Below, one piece after another: positions 34,453 through 35,084 of a stretch of 35,084 bases of DNA; the first letter of the stretch is position 1; each line of letters begins with the position of its first letter. The notes under the pieces are model-generated. The model had not been told where the DNA came from, searched no databases, and saw only the letters and a program-made list of their open reading frames with translations. This DNA is from Octopus bimaculoides (taxonomy: Eukaryota): positions 12,143,824 to 12,178,907 of the forward strand of contig NC_069007.1 of assembly GCF_001194135.2 (NCBI RefSeq), written 5' to 3'. The position numbers were made by a program, and so were the translations under genes.

Positions 34453-35084
34453 ATGAAAATAAGAATAATAATAATATCTAGTTTATCATAACACACACAA
34501 ACTGGATGTGACATTATGACATTTTCTCACCTCCTGTAACAGAGAGCGGTCTCTATATTTTTTTCATGCTTACAATCTCTGAGGAGTACATGGTTTTATT
34601 TAACTGTTTTGTTATCTAATATTCTGTTGTCATATCCAATGCAAAACTGACTGGTAACATTACCTGAAATGGATTTATCATATTGCTGTGTGTACACACA
34701 CATGCATACATTCATATATATATATAAAGGACACAGGTTTCGTGTGTCACATAGCTAGCTAGAGGCGATGGCTTCTTGGAGCTAATTCACGGCAGCTTTC
34801 GTCCTAATTTTGGGACTGCCATGTTGGCTTGGCGATAACTATTAATTTCCAGTACCGCTGCCGTAGTCTCCTTTAGAGAGACTTAGAAATATTAATAACT
34901 CTATTTCTGAAAACCAGTGGATAGATTCCACTGAAATTAGATAAATAACCTTCGAGCAGATAGTCAGCAGCGCTGCCTGGCTAAGGCTTGGCTACTCTGC
35001 ATTGACAAGGGGCAACACCCTGAAACTAGTCTAGTCTGCAGATGCCAAACCAGCAGGGGGACACTGCTGACCTCCCCTGTTCGA

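Noticed and set aside
34730-34830. Spliced-leader or snRNA-like layout (AG|GT plus Sm-like AATTTTGG)
   Set aside because: The putative leader is too short, the Sm-like motif is sequestered in a hairpin, and there is no match to known snRNAs.

Overview
Eukaryotic, AT-rich, repeat-dense non-coding DNA with about 3.7 kb of N in 11 scaffold gaps. No host-gene coding exon, rRNA, tRNA gene or CRISPR array can be supported; most ORF-track entries are microsatellite or N-run artefacts. The mix of (TA)n/(CA)n/(GAT)n microsatellites, several tRNA-headed SINE families and RTE LINE fragments looks like an octopod cephalopod genome (inference from repeat style only). Recognisable mobile elements: a hAT deletion derivative with an exact 8-bp TSD, a nearly intact Tc1 (DD34E) transposase, an internally deleted mariner (DD34D) with TIRs, four RTE LINE fragments, an R4/Dong-type RLE LINE 3' end in a (TAA)n tract, and about 30 SINE-like copies, here labelled families A-G for convenience. 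Best leads: a type I hammerhead ribozyme motif with an unusually large stem-II insertion (12473-12588, +), a second minimal hammerhead candidate (3807-3868, -), a candidate recursive splice site (YnCAG|GTAAGA at 26007/26008), a roughly 330-bp local inverted duplication 4.6 kb apart, a CpG-retaining putative promoter segment near 11.4-12.1 kb, and a 90-bp tandem array amplified from an RTE 3' UTR.
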